DNA from: Candidatus Heimdallarchaeum aukensis
Lineage (GTDB): Archaea > Asgardarchaeota > Heimdallarchaeia > Heimdallarchaeales > Heimdallarchaeaceae
Reading direction: 5' to 3'
DNA: 64,000 nt
Assembly: GCA_021513695.1 (NCBI GenBank)
Contig: CP084166.1
Coordinates: 2,816,001-2,880,000, forward strand
The notes beneath the pieces were generated by a model, which was given only the letters and a program-made list of their open reading frames with translations, was not told the origin of the DNA and did not search any database. Each line of letters begins with the position of its first letter. The stretch's first letter is position 1. The position numbers were made by a program, and so were the translations under genes. Below are positions 1-9,259 of this stretch, piece by piece.

Positions 1-406
1 CGAATGGATAGCCCTTTCATCAAAAAGTAAAGAATTGCTAAAAGGAGTACAACTGTTACTGTTAAACTTGGGTATCAAATCAAGAATATTTGATCGAACA
101 AGAAAAAGAAGAGAAAGAACATTCAAGTACATAGATAAAAATGGTTCACTAAAGTATTACAACAGTGATGGAATTCTCTATGAACTGGGAATATTCGGCA
201 AAAATATTGATATATTCAAGGAAAAAATAAATTTCTTACAGAGGGAGAAAAAAGAAAAACTAGCTAACCTTAAACCAAGAAAAAGAAGAGAAGTCATCTT
301 TGAAGAGAAGATAAAGAGTATAAAATATGTTGGAAAGGACGAAGTATATGATTTAACTGAACCAAGAACATTAAGCTTCATTGCTAATGGAATAGTAAGT
401 TTAGAT
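1..406 (+). other. Intein (C-terminal part, LAGLIDADG homing-endonuclease type) inserted immediately before the catalytic-site Cys of NrdJ (extein resumes at CGEQ, Cys codon 407-409)
   Basis: 'LLKGVQLLLLNLGIKSRI' resembles the second LAGLIDADG / DOD block. 'EVYDLTEP...SFIANGIVSLD' resembles intein blocks F/G. The next residue is Cys, followed by the conserved RNR motif (normally NPCGEQ). Confidence 0.55.
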
Positions 407-1783
407 TGCGGAGAGCAGCCCCTTCTCTCTTATGAGTCTTGTAATCTAGGATCAATTAATCTTGTAAGGCATGTTAAAGATGGAGAGATAGATTGGTCTT
501 TACTTGAATCAACTATCCGTACAGCTGTTCGCTTTTTAGATAATGTTATCGATCGCAATGTTTACATTATTCCTGAAATAGAAGAGATGACCAAAGCCAA
601 TAGAAAGATAGGCCTTGGGGTAATGGGTTTTGCTGATCTACTTGTTGAGCTCGGTATAAAATATGATACAGAAGAAGCATTGGAAATAGCTGAAAAAGTT
701 ATGTCTTTCATTCAAAAAGTTGGTCGAGATGAATCTGTTAAATTAGGTGAAGAAAGAGGTAGCTTTCCTAACTTTGATAGAAGTATTTACAGAGGAAAGT
801 ACAAAGCCATGAGAAATGCAACAATCACAACAATCGCTCCTACAGGAACTATTTCTCTTATTGCTGGGTGTTCAAGCGGTATTGAACCTTATTATGCAAT
901 AGCTTTTGTGCGAAATATACTAGGTGGAAAGAAACTTTTTGAAATTAATCCCATCTTCGAAAGAATAGCTAAAGAGAAAGGATTCTACTCTGAAGAGCTC
1001 GTAGAAAAAATTTCTTCTGTTCATTCAATACAGAAATTGGATGAAATACCTGAAGAAATAAGAAAGTTGTTTGTAACAAGCCAAGATATTTCTCCAGAGT
1101 GGCACGTAAGAATCCAAGCAGCTTTCCAAAAATACACTGATAACGCTACTAGCAAAACAATTAATTTTTCGAGAGATGCTACAAAAGAAGATATCGCCAA
1201 AGCTTACAAACTCGCCCATAAACTAGGTTGTAAAGGTGTTACTGTTTATCGTGATGGTTCAAGAAAGTATCAAGTATTATCAACAAAGACAAAAAAGAAA
1301 AAGAAAGAAAAGCCAGTAGTTACTTCAGCAAAAGTTGTACCTAGAGCAAGACCAGAAATAACAACAGGTAGAACCCATAAAGTTAGAAGTGGTTGTGGTA
1401 ATCTTTACGTTACTGTTAATCAAGATGAAAATGGAGATATTTTTGAGGTATTTGTTCAAGTAGGTAAATCTGGAGGGTGTATCACCTCTCAAAGCGAGGC
1501 GATTGGAAGATTAATTTCTCTTTCACTTCGTTCGCAGGTTTCAGTTGAATCCATTGTGAGACAACTGTCAGGGATACGCTGTCCTAACCCTAGTTTCTAT
1601 AAAGGAAAAAGTATTCTCTCTTGTGCTGATGGTATAGCTTTAGTGCTTGAACAATATATACAAGGAAATCCTAACGTACGTGAATCTAATGGTTCTATCG
1701 TTTGTCCTGACTGTGGAGGAGTTTTAGCTTTTTCAGAGGGTTGCTATACTTGCACAAGCTGTGGTTATAGTAAATGTAGTTAA
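1..1783 (+). CDS. nrdJ: Class II (adenosylcobalamin-dependent) ribonucleotide reductase NrdJ, 3' portion. The ORF continues past the 5' window edge. The first ~135 codons are the C-terminal part of an intein
   Basis: Frame 2 is open from position 2 (the track's TTG at 35 is not the real start). Extein motifs: CGEQPLLSYESCNLGSINL, TTIAPTGTIS, GCSSGIEPYY, SKTINF, KGVTVYRDGSR. C-terminal CPDCGG...CTSCGYSKC zinc ribbon typical of monomeric NrdJ. Confidence 0.85.
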   Translation, partial: EWIALSSKSKELLKGVQLLLLNLGIKSRIFDRTRKRRERTFKYIDKNGSLKYYNSDGILYELGIFGKNIDIFKEKINFLQREKKEKLANLKPRKRREVIFEEKIKSIKYVGKDEVYDLTEPRTLSFIANGIVSLDCGEQPLLSYESCNLGSINLVRHVKDGEIDWSLLESTIRTAVRFLDNVIDRNVYIIPEIEEMTKANRKIGLGVMGFADLLVELGIKYDTEEALEIAEKVMSFIQKVGRDESVKLGEERGSFPNFDRSIYRGKYKAMRNATITTIAPTGTISLIAGCSSGIEPYYAIAFVRNILGGKKLFEINPIFERIAKEKGFYSEELVEKISSVHSIQKLDEIPEEIRKLFVTSQDISPEWHVRIQAAFQKYTDNATSKTINFSRDATKEDIAKAYKLAHKLGCKGVTVYRDGSRKYQVLSTKTKKKKKEKPVVTSAKVVPRARPEITTGRTHKVRSGCGNLYVTVNQDENGDIFEVFVQVGKSGGCITSQSEAIGRLISLSLRSQVSVESIVRQLSGIRCPNPSFYKGKSILSCADGIALVLEQYIQGNPNVRESNGSIVCPDCGGVLAFSEGCYTCTSCGYSKCS

Positions 1784-1863
1784 GCTAATAAAGATTCAAA
1801 ATTTTTTTCTATATTTTCCTATTTTTCCAAAGATTTTTAATTATAATAGTGAAAGAACGTTTA

Positions 1864-2928
1864 ATGTTGATTTGGTTTGATGCAGTAACAGCAAAAGAGC
1901 CATTGTTGTTTGACGCAATAGCTAAAGAATTGGAAAAAGAAGGACATGAAGTATTTTTCACTTGTAGAGAATATGATTATGTTTCTTCACTTTTTGAACT
2001 GTTAGGACGAAAAGTAGAAGTGTTTGGTAAGCACGGAGGAAAAACACTATATGGAAAGCTCATTGCAGGAAATGAGAGAATAAAGTTACTTGCTGAATAT
2101 ATTAATAATTTAGATAAAAAACCAGATTATCATATATGTTTTGGCTGTCCAGAGTCAACAAGAGTAGCGTTCGGGTTAGGTATCCCTGTAATTAATATTA
2201 ATGATTCTCCACATGCTTGGGCAGTAGCTAAATTAACTGTGCCTTTATCGAAATATTTAGTGTATAGTGGTTGTATAAAAGAAGAAGAGTGGTTAAAGTT
2301 AGGTGCAGTAAAAGAACAATTGTGCCCATATAACGGGATAGATGAAGTTGCTTGGTTAAAATCGTTTGAACCTAATGAAGAAGTTCTTTCACTGTTGGGT
2401 CTATCTAAAGAAGATCACTTTATTGTTGCAAGACCAGAAGAAAGCAGTGCAGCTTATATGTTAGACGATAACATTACTTCTTCAACTTATTTAGATGTTA
2501 TTCTGGATGAGTTATTAAAAACATATAAAGGAAAGGTAGTAGTTTTTCCAAGATATCAAAAACAAAAAGAATTGTTACAAGAACGCTATGAAGAAAAAAT
2601 CATTGTACCACCGAAAGCTGTAGATACTCTCTCACTTTATTATTATGCTGATTTATGTATAACAGGTGGGGCAACAATGGCACGGGAATCTGCAGCTATA
2701 GGAACTCCAGCGATATCTTATTTTCCTAGAGAACTCGATGTGCTGAAATACATATCAGAAACAGGAATCCCTCTTTATAATGAATACACAATCTCTGATG
2801 CAATAAAAAGGGCAAAAGAGTTATTATCATCTAAAAATATTAAGGATAAATTGAGACAAAAGACTAAGAGCATATTATCTCAAATGGAGTCTCCTATAGA
2901 TAAAGTGATAGAATTGATTAAGAATTAA
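1864..2928 (+). CDS. GT-B-fold protein, DUF354-like (archaeal glycosyltransferase/epimerase-like family). Start could also be 1849
   Basis: 353-359 aa. The N-terminal 'MLIWFDAVTAKEP' resembles the DUF354 start. C-terminal 'GGATMARESAAIGTPAISY' resembles the GT-B nucleotide-sugar binding motif. Confidence 0.4.
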   Translation: MLIWFDAVTAKEPLLFDAIAKELEKEGHEVFFTCREYDYVSSLFELLGRKVEVFGKHGGKTLYGKLIAGNERIKLLAEYINNLDKKPDYHICFGCPESTRVAFGLGIPVININDSPHAWAVAKLTVPLSKYLVYSGCIKEEEWLKLGAVKEQLCPYNGIDEVAWLKSFEPNEEVLSLLGLSKEDHFIVARPEESSAAYMLDDNITSSTYLDVILDELLKTYKGKVVVFPRYQKQKELLQERYEEKIIVPPKAVDTLSLYYYADLCITGGATMARESAAIGTPAISYFPRELDVLKYISETGIPLYNEYTISDAIKRAKELLSSKNIKDKLRQKTKSILSQMESPIDKVIELIKN

Positions 2929-3014
2929 AGAAACAAAGTAAAAGTCTTATTTCTTTCTTTAAAAAAATAAATCCGTTGCAAAAAATTTAATTTATCTTTG
3001 TTTATTTACAAAAC

Positions 3015-4175
3015 ATGAAGTTTTTTTCTGAAAAACTAAGCAATATAAAACCAAGTGGAATAAGAGAACTTTTCGCTAAAGCACAAGGAATAGAAGGCGC
3101 AATTTCTTTAGGAATAGGCGCACCAGATATAGAAACCCCAAAGAAATTGAAAGAAGCTTTAATTGATGCCGTATTAAATAATTTCAACAATTATGATCAA
3201 ACACCTGGTAATGCCCAGTTGAGAGAGGAAATAGTTCAGCAATATAAGCAAGAGTATAACATGGACTATGATACAAACAACGGGGTAATTGTAACTTCTG
3301 GGGGAGTTGAACTAATCTATATAGCTTTACAAGCTTTTTTGAAAAAAGGAGAAGAAGTAATAATTCAAGATCCATGTTTCCTTACATATCCTCGCCAAAT
3401 AATCCTTGCAGGAGGAAAACCTGTCTGGGTTAAATCCACACCTGATTTTAAAATGGATTTGGAATCAGTTAAAGAGAATATTAATGAAAAAACCAAGATT
3501 ATCACGATTAACTTTCCTAATAATCCAACTGGTGCAATGATGGAAAAACATGAGTTAAAAGCAATAGTGGATTTAGCTGTCGATAATGATTTAATTATCC
3601 TCAGTGATGAAGTCTATGAATATTATGTGTTTGATAATAAAAAACACGTGCATGTCGCTTCTATAGGTGATGCTTATCATAATACAATTACAATTAATTC
3701 TTTTTCAAAATCCTTCTGCGTACCAGGGTGGAGAATGGGTTATGGTGTCTCAACACCTGAACTGATGGGCCCAATATTAGGTTACCACTCTTTTGTTGTT
3801 GCTAATGCCACGACTCCTACTCAAGTAGCTTTAGCCAATTATATAAACACAGATGATGCAAGAAACTTTAGAGAAAAAATCAGAGAGACTTTTCAGAAAA
3901 GAAGAGATAAAATTGTAAAGGGTCTAAATTCTATTTCAGGAATTAAAGCTTATAATTCTGCTGGGTCCTTCTATACTTATTTTGATGTTTCTGGGCTAAA
4001 TATGACTGGAGAAGAATTTTCTAATTTCGCATTTGAAAAAGCAAAAGTGGTTTTTGTACCCGGGACAGAGTTTGGACAAGAAGAAAGCCAAAAAACCTTC
4101 CTAAGGGCAAGTTTTGGTTCTGTAAATGAAGAAAAAATAGAGCAAGTAATTGAGAGACTAACGAAACTTTTATGA
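3015..4175 (+). CDS. PLP-dependent aminotransferase, class I/II (aspartate/aromatic aminotransferase-like)
   Basis: 386 aa. 'NSFSKSFCVPGWRMGY' carries the PLP-lysine motif (SxSK). N-terminal 'AISLGIGAPD' and 'NNPTGA' are class-I aminotransferase hallmarks. Confidence 0.85.
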   Translation: MKFFSEKLSNIKPSGIRELFAKAQGIEGAISLGIGAPDIETPKKLKEALIDAVLNNFNNYDQTPGNAQLREEIVQQYKQEYNMDYDTNNGVIVTSGGVELIYIALQAFLKKGEEVIIQDPCFLTYPRQIILAGGKPVWVKSTPDFKMDLESVKENINEKTKIITINFPNNPTGAMMEKHELKAIVDLAVDNDLIILSDEVYEYYVFDNKKHVHVASIGDAYHNTITINSFSKSFCVPGWRMGYGVSTPELMGPILGYHSFVVANATTPTQVALANYINTDDARNFREKIRETFQKRRDKIVKGLNSISGIKAYNSAGSFYTYFDVSGLNMTGEEFSNFAFEKAKVVFVPGTEFGQEESQKTFLRASFGSVNEEKIEQVIERLTKLL

Positions 4176-4194
4176 CCTTAAACGAGAAAGGAGT

Positions 4195-4389
4195 ATGAAA
4201 AAGATGAGTGAAAAAAAGCAAGAACTAGAGTTCTATTGTAAATTTTGTGATAAAGTGACAACTCAAGTATTCGTTAGAGAAGATAGAAAGAAAACCTTTA
4301 CTTTAATGTTTTATTGCCCCAGCTGTGGAAGCTACCACACATTCGAGTTTTTTGGGTCACAGTTTGAACAACCCACAGATTTAGAGTAA
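4195..4389 (+). CDS. Small zinc-ribbon protein (hypothetical)
   Basis: 64 aa with CKFC...CPSCGSY (CxxC-x20-CxxC). It follows the aminotransferase stop by 20 bp. A T-rich tract follows the ORF. Confidence 0.4.
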   Translation: MKKMSEKKQELEFYCKFCDKVTTQVFVREDRKKTFTLMFYCPSCGSYHTFEFFGSQFEQPTDLE

Positions 4390-4484
4390 TATTCTTTTTT
4401 TTATTATTATTAAGAAAACCATTGTAGCTATCGATATCGCTAGGTTTATATTCTAGAAAAGACATACATTCTATTAGAACCTTA

Positions 4485-7400
4485 ATGGGGTTTGAACTTA
4501 TGAAAAAAAGGATATTTTTAGCGATAGCAATAATTATTGCTCTATTTCCGATTTATCATTCTGGAGTTAATACTCAAGCAACAACTCAACCGGTTGTTAA
4601 TAATAATCAAATAACTCCTGAAGAAATCGGAGTAGGAAGTAAACTAACCTATCAAATAACACAATTTGAATTAGGTTCTGGTTTTGATCAATTATTACAA
4701 GACATAACACAAGATCCAGAAGCACCTGATATCGAGTTTGGTTATGACGGCAGTTTAGTAGGAAGTGAAATATGGTTTTATATCAGTCTTGAAGACCAAC
4801 TGCAATTCTTCCAATACAATTACTCTGACTGGGAGTGGACTAAAGAAAACATTACTCAAAAGAATGTAATGCAAGTTTTAGCTGGAATAAAATTAAGTGA
4901 AGACTTTTCAGCTTTTGCAAACCTATCCCAACTTAATTATCCAGAAGATGCAGTAAGACAAGATGAAGCTTATTATTATGATTCTTGGCCAATGTCTCAC
5001 TTTGAAACACCAATAACAAGTGACGATTTCTGGAATCCATTCAACGAAGGTTTTATAGACGGATTTAATTGGGGATTTTCAGATGAGATAAATGAATATG
5101 ATTGGGCATGGTTCAATTGGCCTAGTCCCGATGAGTATTATGACATGTATTGGTTTGCTCGAGACTTTGGACAAATGTGGGGATATGACACTGGAAGAGA
5201 AGCAGCTATGAATGCAAGAAATGAAAACCCTGGTGATCCTTGGGGAACAGCTTGGAATGATGCTAACTCTGCTAGTGGAGCTTTTAAAGTAGGTTTCTTA
5301 GAAGGCAGAGATGATGGATATAATGAAGGAAAAGATGATTATGTAAATAATAATAGAATCCCAGATAAAACCTTTAGTAATCCTTACGACGCAACTAATG
5401 ATATAACTGATATAGGTAAAAGGCGTGGATATGACGCTGCTTGGCCAGTATATTATGATGCAGGATACTTATATGAAGGAGCACAAGAATATTTCAATGA
5501 CAGACTCTACTGGGAACTATATTGTGATACTTGGGATACCTATCCTGGTGGTTACCTAGACGGATTTAGAGATGGATATTATACTGGTGTTTGGGATGGA
5601 CAATATGACCATGACTATGGAAGCTATGGAGATAACTTCTATCCTCCAGAGGGATATTGGGATCCTCGTGATGAATATCAATGGGGATATAATGATGGTT
5701 TAGCAGAAGGGTATCAATATGGATACGATGACGGTTACAACCAAGTAAATGATTATGAACAATATATCTGGGGTATGGAATCTTATATCTGGAATGCACA
5801 TGAAGATGGTTTTCAAGTTGGAGCTCAAGATTATATAAATAATATTGGTTATGATAATTCAACATTTACATTGCCATTTTCTAGTCCAGCTGATATGTAT
5901 GAAGAGGGAGCTAATTTCATTTATGAAATGATGTATCCTAAAGCTTATGATGATGGATGGAAATATGCTTTTCTTGTAGATAGAGATGGAGACGATTTGA
6001 ATTGGTTAATGCATGAAGGACCATTCTATTACATGTATTTACCTGATGTGATTTTAACTTTACAATCTGGTTCAGTTCTACCTGTACCTACAGATATGAC
6101 AATGTTCAAAGAATTGAACATTAGCATGATGGATTACGAAATCGATTATGATTATGGTGAAAACACAGATCTCTTTACAGAACACTTTACACCTTTCAGT
6201 ATATATGCTCCTGAAAGTGATTGGGCAGAGCTAGATACTTGGGATTGGGCTTTTGACCCAGAAAGTGACATGCCAGGAGTTGCAACAACTATAGATGGAA
6301 ACATATTTGAAATGGTATTCTATTGGGAAGAAGAAAGTGGAGATATTACTTTCGAGCTTACAATTCGTTATGATATGACTACTGGAGTTTTGCAATATTC
6401 TGGTTTTAGTGTAGATTTCACAACAGAAGCAGATATGTACATTAATGTTGCAATGGAGTATGAATCAGATACACAAATCAATCTACCAACACCTGATCCA
6501 ACTTCATGGTCTTACTTAATAGATACATTTAGCTTTACTTATGAATTACCTGATGACGCTCCACCTGAAGTTATAGATGGACTAAATAATTTCAAGAATG
6601 GGGGAGAAGATGCTGTTGGAAACGCATTCATGGACGTCGATTGGATTCAACATCTTGGTCTATGGAATGAATATAACGTTACATTCAAAGATCCTAACAA
6701 CCCAACTGATGCATCAGATCCAGTTACTATAATGCAACCAACTTTATCTCCTGGAATACAAATATTGCCTGATTGGGACCTTTGGGGCGGAATTATGCAA
6801 ACTGGAGATTCTTATTTGGCTATGTCTGAATGGATAGGTAATGCTGTAGATATGTTAAGCGATGCTAACCCAACTTTTGATGCATTTAGAAATGAACTGT
6901 ACTATGAAGTGAGTTCATACCATGATTCAACCAATAATATAATGTATCTCTATGCAGGTATATCTGGAGGATATGAATTACGTGTTGAAATGCTAAATGG
7001 AGATTGGGAATGGGAAGAAACAACAGTCTCATTATACTTCAAACTTGTTTTATGGACAGCCTATGATTATACCACTGGTATTTTCTTAGGAGCTGGTGTA
7101 GAAGGAACAATAGATGAAACATTCACTTCAAATATTCCAACCTCACCTCAGTTCACACTCTATGCAGATATTGATATCAGAATCAGAGCAGATTTAATAT
7201 CAAGTATAACAAGTATAACTGACATTCTAACCTTTGCTGAAATGCCAGAAAAAGACACCGAAGCACCAATCATTTCAGATGTAACTTACAGTCCAGATAA
7301 ACCAACAGAAGAAGATGTTATTACTATTAGTGCTAATGTAACAGATGATAATGGAGTTTGTTCAGTAATCTTACACTACAAGAATGACACATCTGAATGG

Positions 7401-7676
7401 CAAGAAGTAGAAATGGTAGATGATGGAACAGGAATCTACAGCGCTGAAATAGGTCCATTTGCTGCTGATACTGTTGTAGAGTTTTATATTACTGCAACAG
7501 ATATGACAGCTGCACAAAATGAAGCAACAGCAAATAATGGCGGAACAAACTATACAATTGAAATCAAAGGAAAAGGTGTTCTTGGAATTGGATTCAATTT
7601 TGTAGATGTTCTCATTATGGGTCTAGGATTGATCAGCATAGCTTCTCTCCTTACATTAGTAAAGAGAAAGAAATAA
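4485..7676 (+). CDS. Large secreted/cell-surface protein, extremely rich in D/E/Y/W/G quasi-repeats, with an Ig-like domain and a C-terminal TM anchor
   Basis: 1063 aa. N-terminal signal peptide (KKRIFLAIAIIIALFPIYHSG). Repeated 'GYDDGY', 'GYxYGY', 'DGFxDG' and 'WxW' segments. C-terminal beta-rich 'DVTYSPDKPTEEDVITISANVTDDNGV...' Ig-like module. Terminal hydrophobic helix plus KRKK. Confidence 0.6.
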   Translation: MGFELMKKRIFLAIAIIIALFPIYHSGVNTQATTQPVVNNNQITPEEIGVGSKLTYQITQFELGSGFDQLLQDITQDPEAPDIEFGYDGSLVGSEIWFYISLEDQLQFFQYNYSDWEWTKENITQKNVMQVLAGIKLSEDFSAFANLSQLNYPEDAVRQDEAYYYDSWPMSHFETPITSDDFWNPFNEGFIDGFNWGFSDEINEYDWAWFNWPSPDEYYDMYWFARDFGQMWGYDTGREAAMNARNENPGDPWGTAWNDANSASGAFKVGFLEGRDDGYNEGKDDYVNNNRIPDKTFSNPYDATNDITDIGKRRGYDAAWPVYYDAGYLYEGAQEYFNDRLYWELYCDTWDTYPGGYLDGFRDGYYTGVWDGQYDHDYGSYGDNFYPPEGYWDPRDEYQWGYNDGLAEGYQYGYDDGYNQVNDYEQYIWGMESYIWNAHEDGFQVGAQDYINNIGYDNSTFTLPFSSPADMYEEGANFIYEMMYPKAYDDGWKYAFLVDRDGDDLNWLMHEGPFYYMYLPDVILTLQSGSVLPVPTDMTMFKELNISMMDYEIDYDYGENTDLFTEHFTPFSIYAPESDWAELDTWDWAFDPESDMPGVATTIDGNIFEMVFYWEEESGDITFELTIRYDMTTGVLQYSGFSVDFTTEADMYINVAMEYESDTQINLPTPDPTSWSYLIDTFSFTYELPDDAPPEVIDGLNNFKNGGEDAVGNAFMDVDWIQHLGLWNEYNVTFKDPNNPTDASDPVTIMQPTLSPGIQILPDWDLWGGIMQTGDSYLAMSEWIGNAVDMLSDANPTFDAFRNELYYEVSSYHDSTNNIMYLYAGISGGYELRVEMLNGDWEWEETTVSLYFKLVLWTAYDYTTGIFLGAGVEGTIDETFTSNIPTSPQFTLYADIDIRIRADLISSITSITDILTFAEMPEKDTEAPIISDVTYSPDKPTEEDVITISANVTDDNGVCSVILHYKNDTSEWQEVEMVDDGTGIYSAEIGPFAADTVVEFYITATDMTAAQNEATANNGGTNYTIEIKGKGVLGIGFNFVDVLIMGLGLISIASLLTLVKRKK

Positions 7677-7725
7677 ACAATTTTTCTTTTTATTTTTCTT
7701 TTTTTATTCTTGTTTTTGTTCTCAA
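7677..7725 (+). terminator. Oligo-T tract (archaeal intrinsic-terminator-like) after the surface-protein gene
   Basis: Successive T5-T7 runs ('tttttctttttatttttctttttttattcttgtttttgtt') begin directly after the TAA at 7674-7676. Confidence 0.35.
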
Positions 7726-7792
7726 TTACATTAAGCTATAATTTCTAATAAAAATTGTAAAAAAATAAATATGAAAAATAGAATTAAGTGTC

Positions 7793-9250
7793 CTAAATAA
7801 ATGGATTCTTTACAAGTTTCAATGCCATTAGAGTTTTTAGTATTTTCATTCCAATTCTAATTTTGAAATCCATTTTTTTAGCGGCTACACTTAGTTTAGA
7901 AACACGAAAATAAGGAACCTCGTTGTTTAGTCCTTTTTTGCGTTCTTTGGAAATTAAATCAATGTTTTGAATAAGATCTGGTATTGTTCCTGAAATAGTT
8001 ATATCTTGAACAGGGAATGCTATCTCTCCATTTTTTATGTACCATCCAGAACCAGTAACAGAAAATCTTCCTGAGGAAAAGTCACTCATGTGTATTCCCA
8101 TGAAATTTTGTAACATAAAACCTTCTTTTGTTTCCTGTATCATCTCTTCTTTTGATGAATCACCTGGTTCGATTATGGTAGCATAACTGCCAATAGATGG
8201 AGATCTTTTCACAGGATTTCCACCAAAGAATCCTCCTCGTGTTGCTTTACCATTACTTTCCATGTTTAACTTGTTGGCATAATACGAATCTAAGTAGTAG
8301 GTTTGTAGTATTCCGTTCTTAATTAGAGTTGTTTTTTGAGTGGGTATTCCTTCAGCATCGTAGTTTGTACTTGTTATCATATCTGGATGAAGAGGGTCGT
8401 CAATTAAAGTGAAATTGTCAGCAGCTATCTTTTCTCCTATTTTATCAGAAAAGACCGTTTCTCCTCTTGAAGCCTTGTCACCTTTCAATAAATCTGTAAG
8501 TATCATAAACAATCCACCGAAAAGACCATATGATCCTTCTGGAGGAATAATAATAGGATATTCTCCTGATAAAGACAAAGTTTTAGGTTTTGCTACAGCT
8601 AGTGTTTTTTCAATGGCTGTTTTTGTTATTTCTTGTGGATCAATTTTTCCCCACTCTCTAGCACCTTCAAAATGAAAGTCATAGATTGGAAAACCATGGA
8701 TAGATAGAAATCCAATTCCAAGGCCATATCCTGCCTCTTGCTTGTAAATGTCTATTCCAGAAGTGTTTTTTAGAAAAGTTTCACCTGATCCTATATTTCC
8801 CATCGCAGCCAAGAAATACAGATTCTTGGGAAGATCGGTGGGAAGAAGCTGTTCAAAAGGTTTTACAGATTCGTCTATATTCATCTCTATGAATTTTTTA
8901 TCCAATTTAAGGGTATACTCTGCTTTTTTACTTTCTGGAAAAGGAACAATATCTGGGTCAGGTTTCTTGGTTTTGGCATTTTGAATAGCTGCTTTTACTG
9001 TTTGTTGAATGTCTTCACTTCGGAAGGAAGATGTATAAGCAAATCCATATGCATTATTTGCTATAACTCTAAAAGCTATTCCATGTAAAATTCCTAAATT
9101 ATGTTTAGGTTTATTTTTCTCTAATTCAAGATTAAATGTTCTTTCTAGAACTCCAAAACCTTCCGCGTGTTCTGCACCATTCTTTTTTGCATATTCTAAA
9201 CCAATATCTAGAGATTTTTGTATTTTTTCTTTTAAATCGTTACTTACCAT
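7793..9250 (-). CDS. pmbA: PmbA/TldE-family protein (partner of TldD metalloprotease)
   Basis: 485 aa. C-terminal 'GRFSVTGSGWYIKNGEIAFPV' is typical of the TldD/PmbA (PF01523 / PF19289) fold and there is no HExxxH. It lies immediately downstream of TldD in the same orientation. Confidence 0.8.
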   Translation of the reverse strand: MVSNDLKEKIQKSLDIGLEYAKKNGAEHAEGFGVLERTFNLELEKNKPKHNLGILHGIAFRVIANNAYGFAYTSSFRSEDIQQTVKAAIQNAKTKKPDPDIVPFPESKKAEYTLKLDKKFIEMNIDESVKPFEQLLPTDLPKNLYFLAAMGNIGSGETFLKNTSGIDIYKQEAGYGLGIGFLSIHGFPIYDFHFEGAREWGKIDPQEITKTAIEKTLAVAKPKTLSLSGEYPIIIPPEGSYGLFGGLFMILTDLLKGDKASRGETVFSDKIGEKIAADNFTLIDDPLHPDMITSTNYDAEGIPTQKTTLIKNGILQTYYLDSYYANKLNMESNGKATRGGFFGGNPVKRSPSIGSYATIIEPGDSSKEEMIQETKEGFMLQNFMGIHMSDFSSGRFSVTGSGWYIKNGEIAFPVQDITISGTIPDLIQNIDLISKERKKGLNNEVPYFRVSKLSVAAKKMDFKIRIGMKILKTLMALKLVKNPFI

Positions 9251-9259
9251 TTAATTCAC

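Noticed and set aside
5566-5865. His-rich 99-aa antisense ORF inside the acidic surface-protein gene, and similar short antisense or overlapping ORFs in the track (for example 178-381, 8409-8675, 9136-9429, 41092-41625, 62441-62845)
   Set aside because: All are embedded in and opposite to long ORFs with strong homology or coherent architecture. They have low-complexity translations typical of antisense frames in AT-rich DNA.
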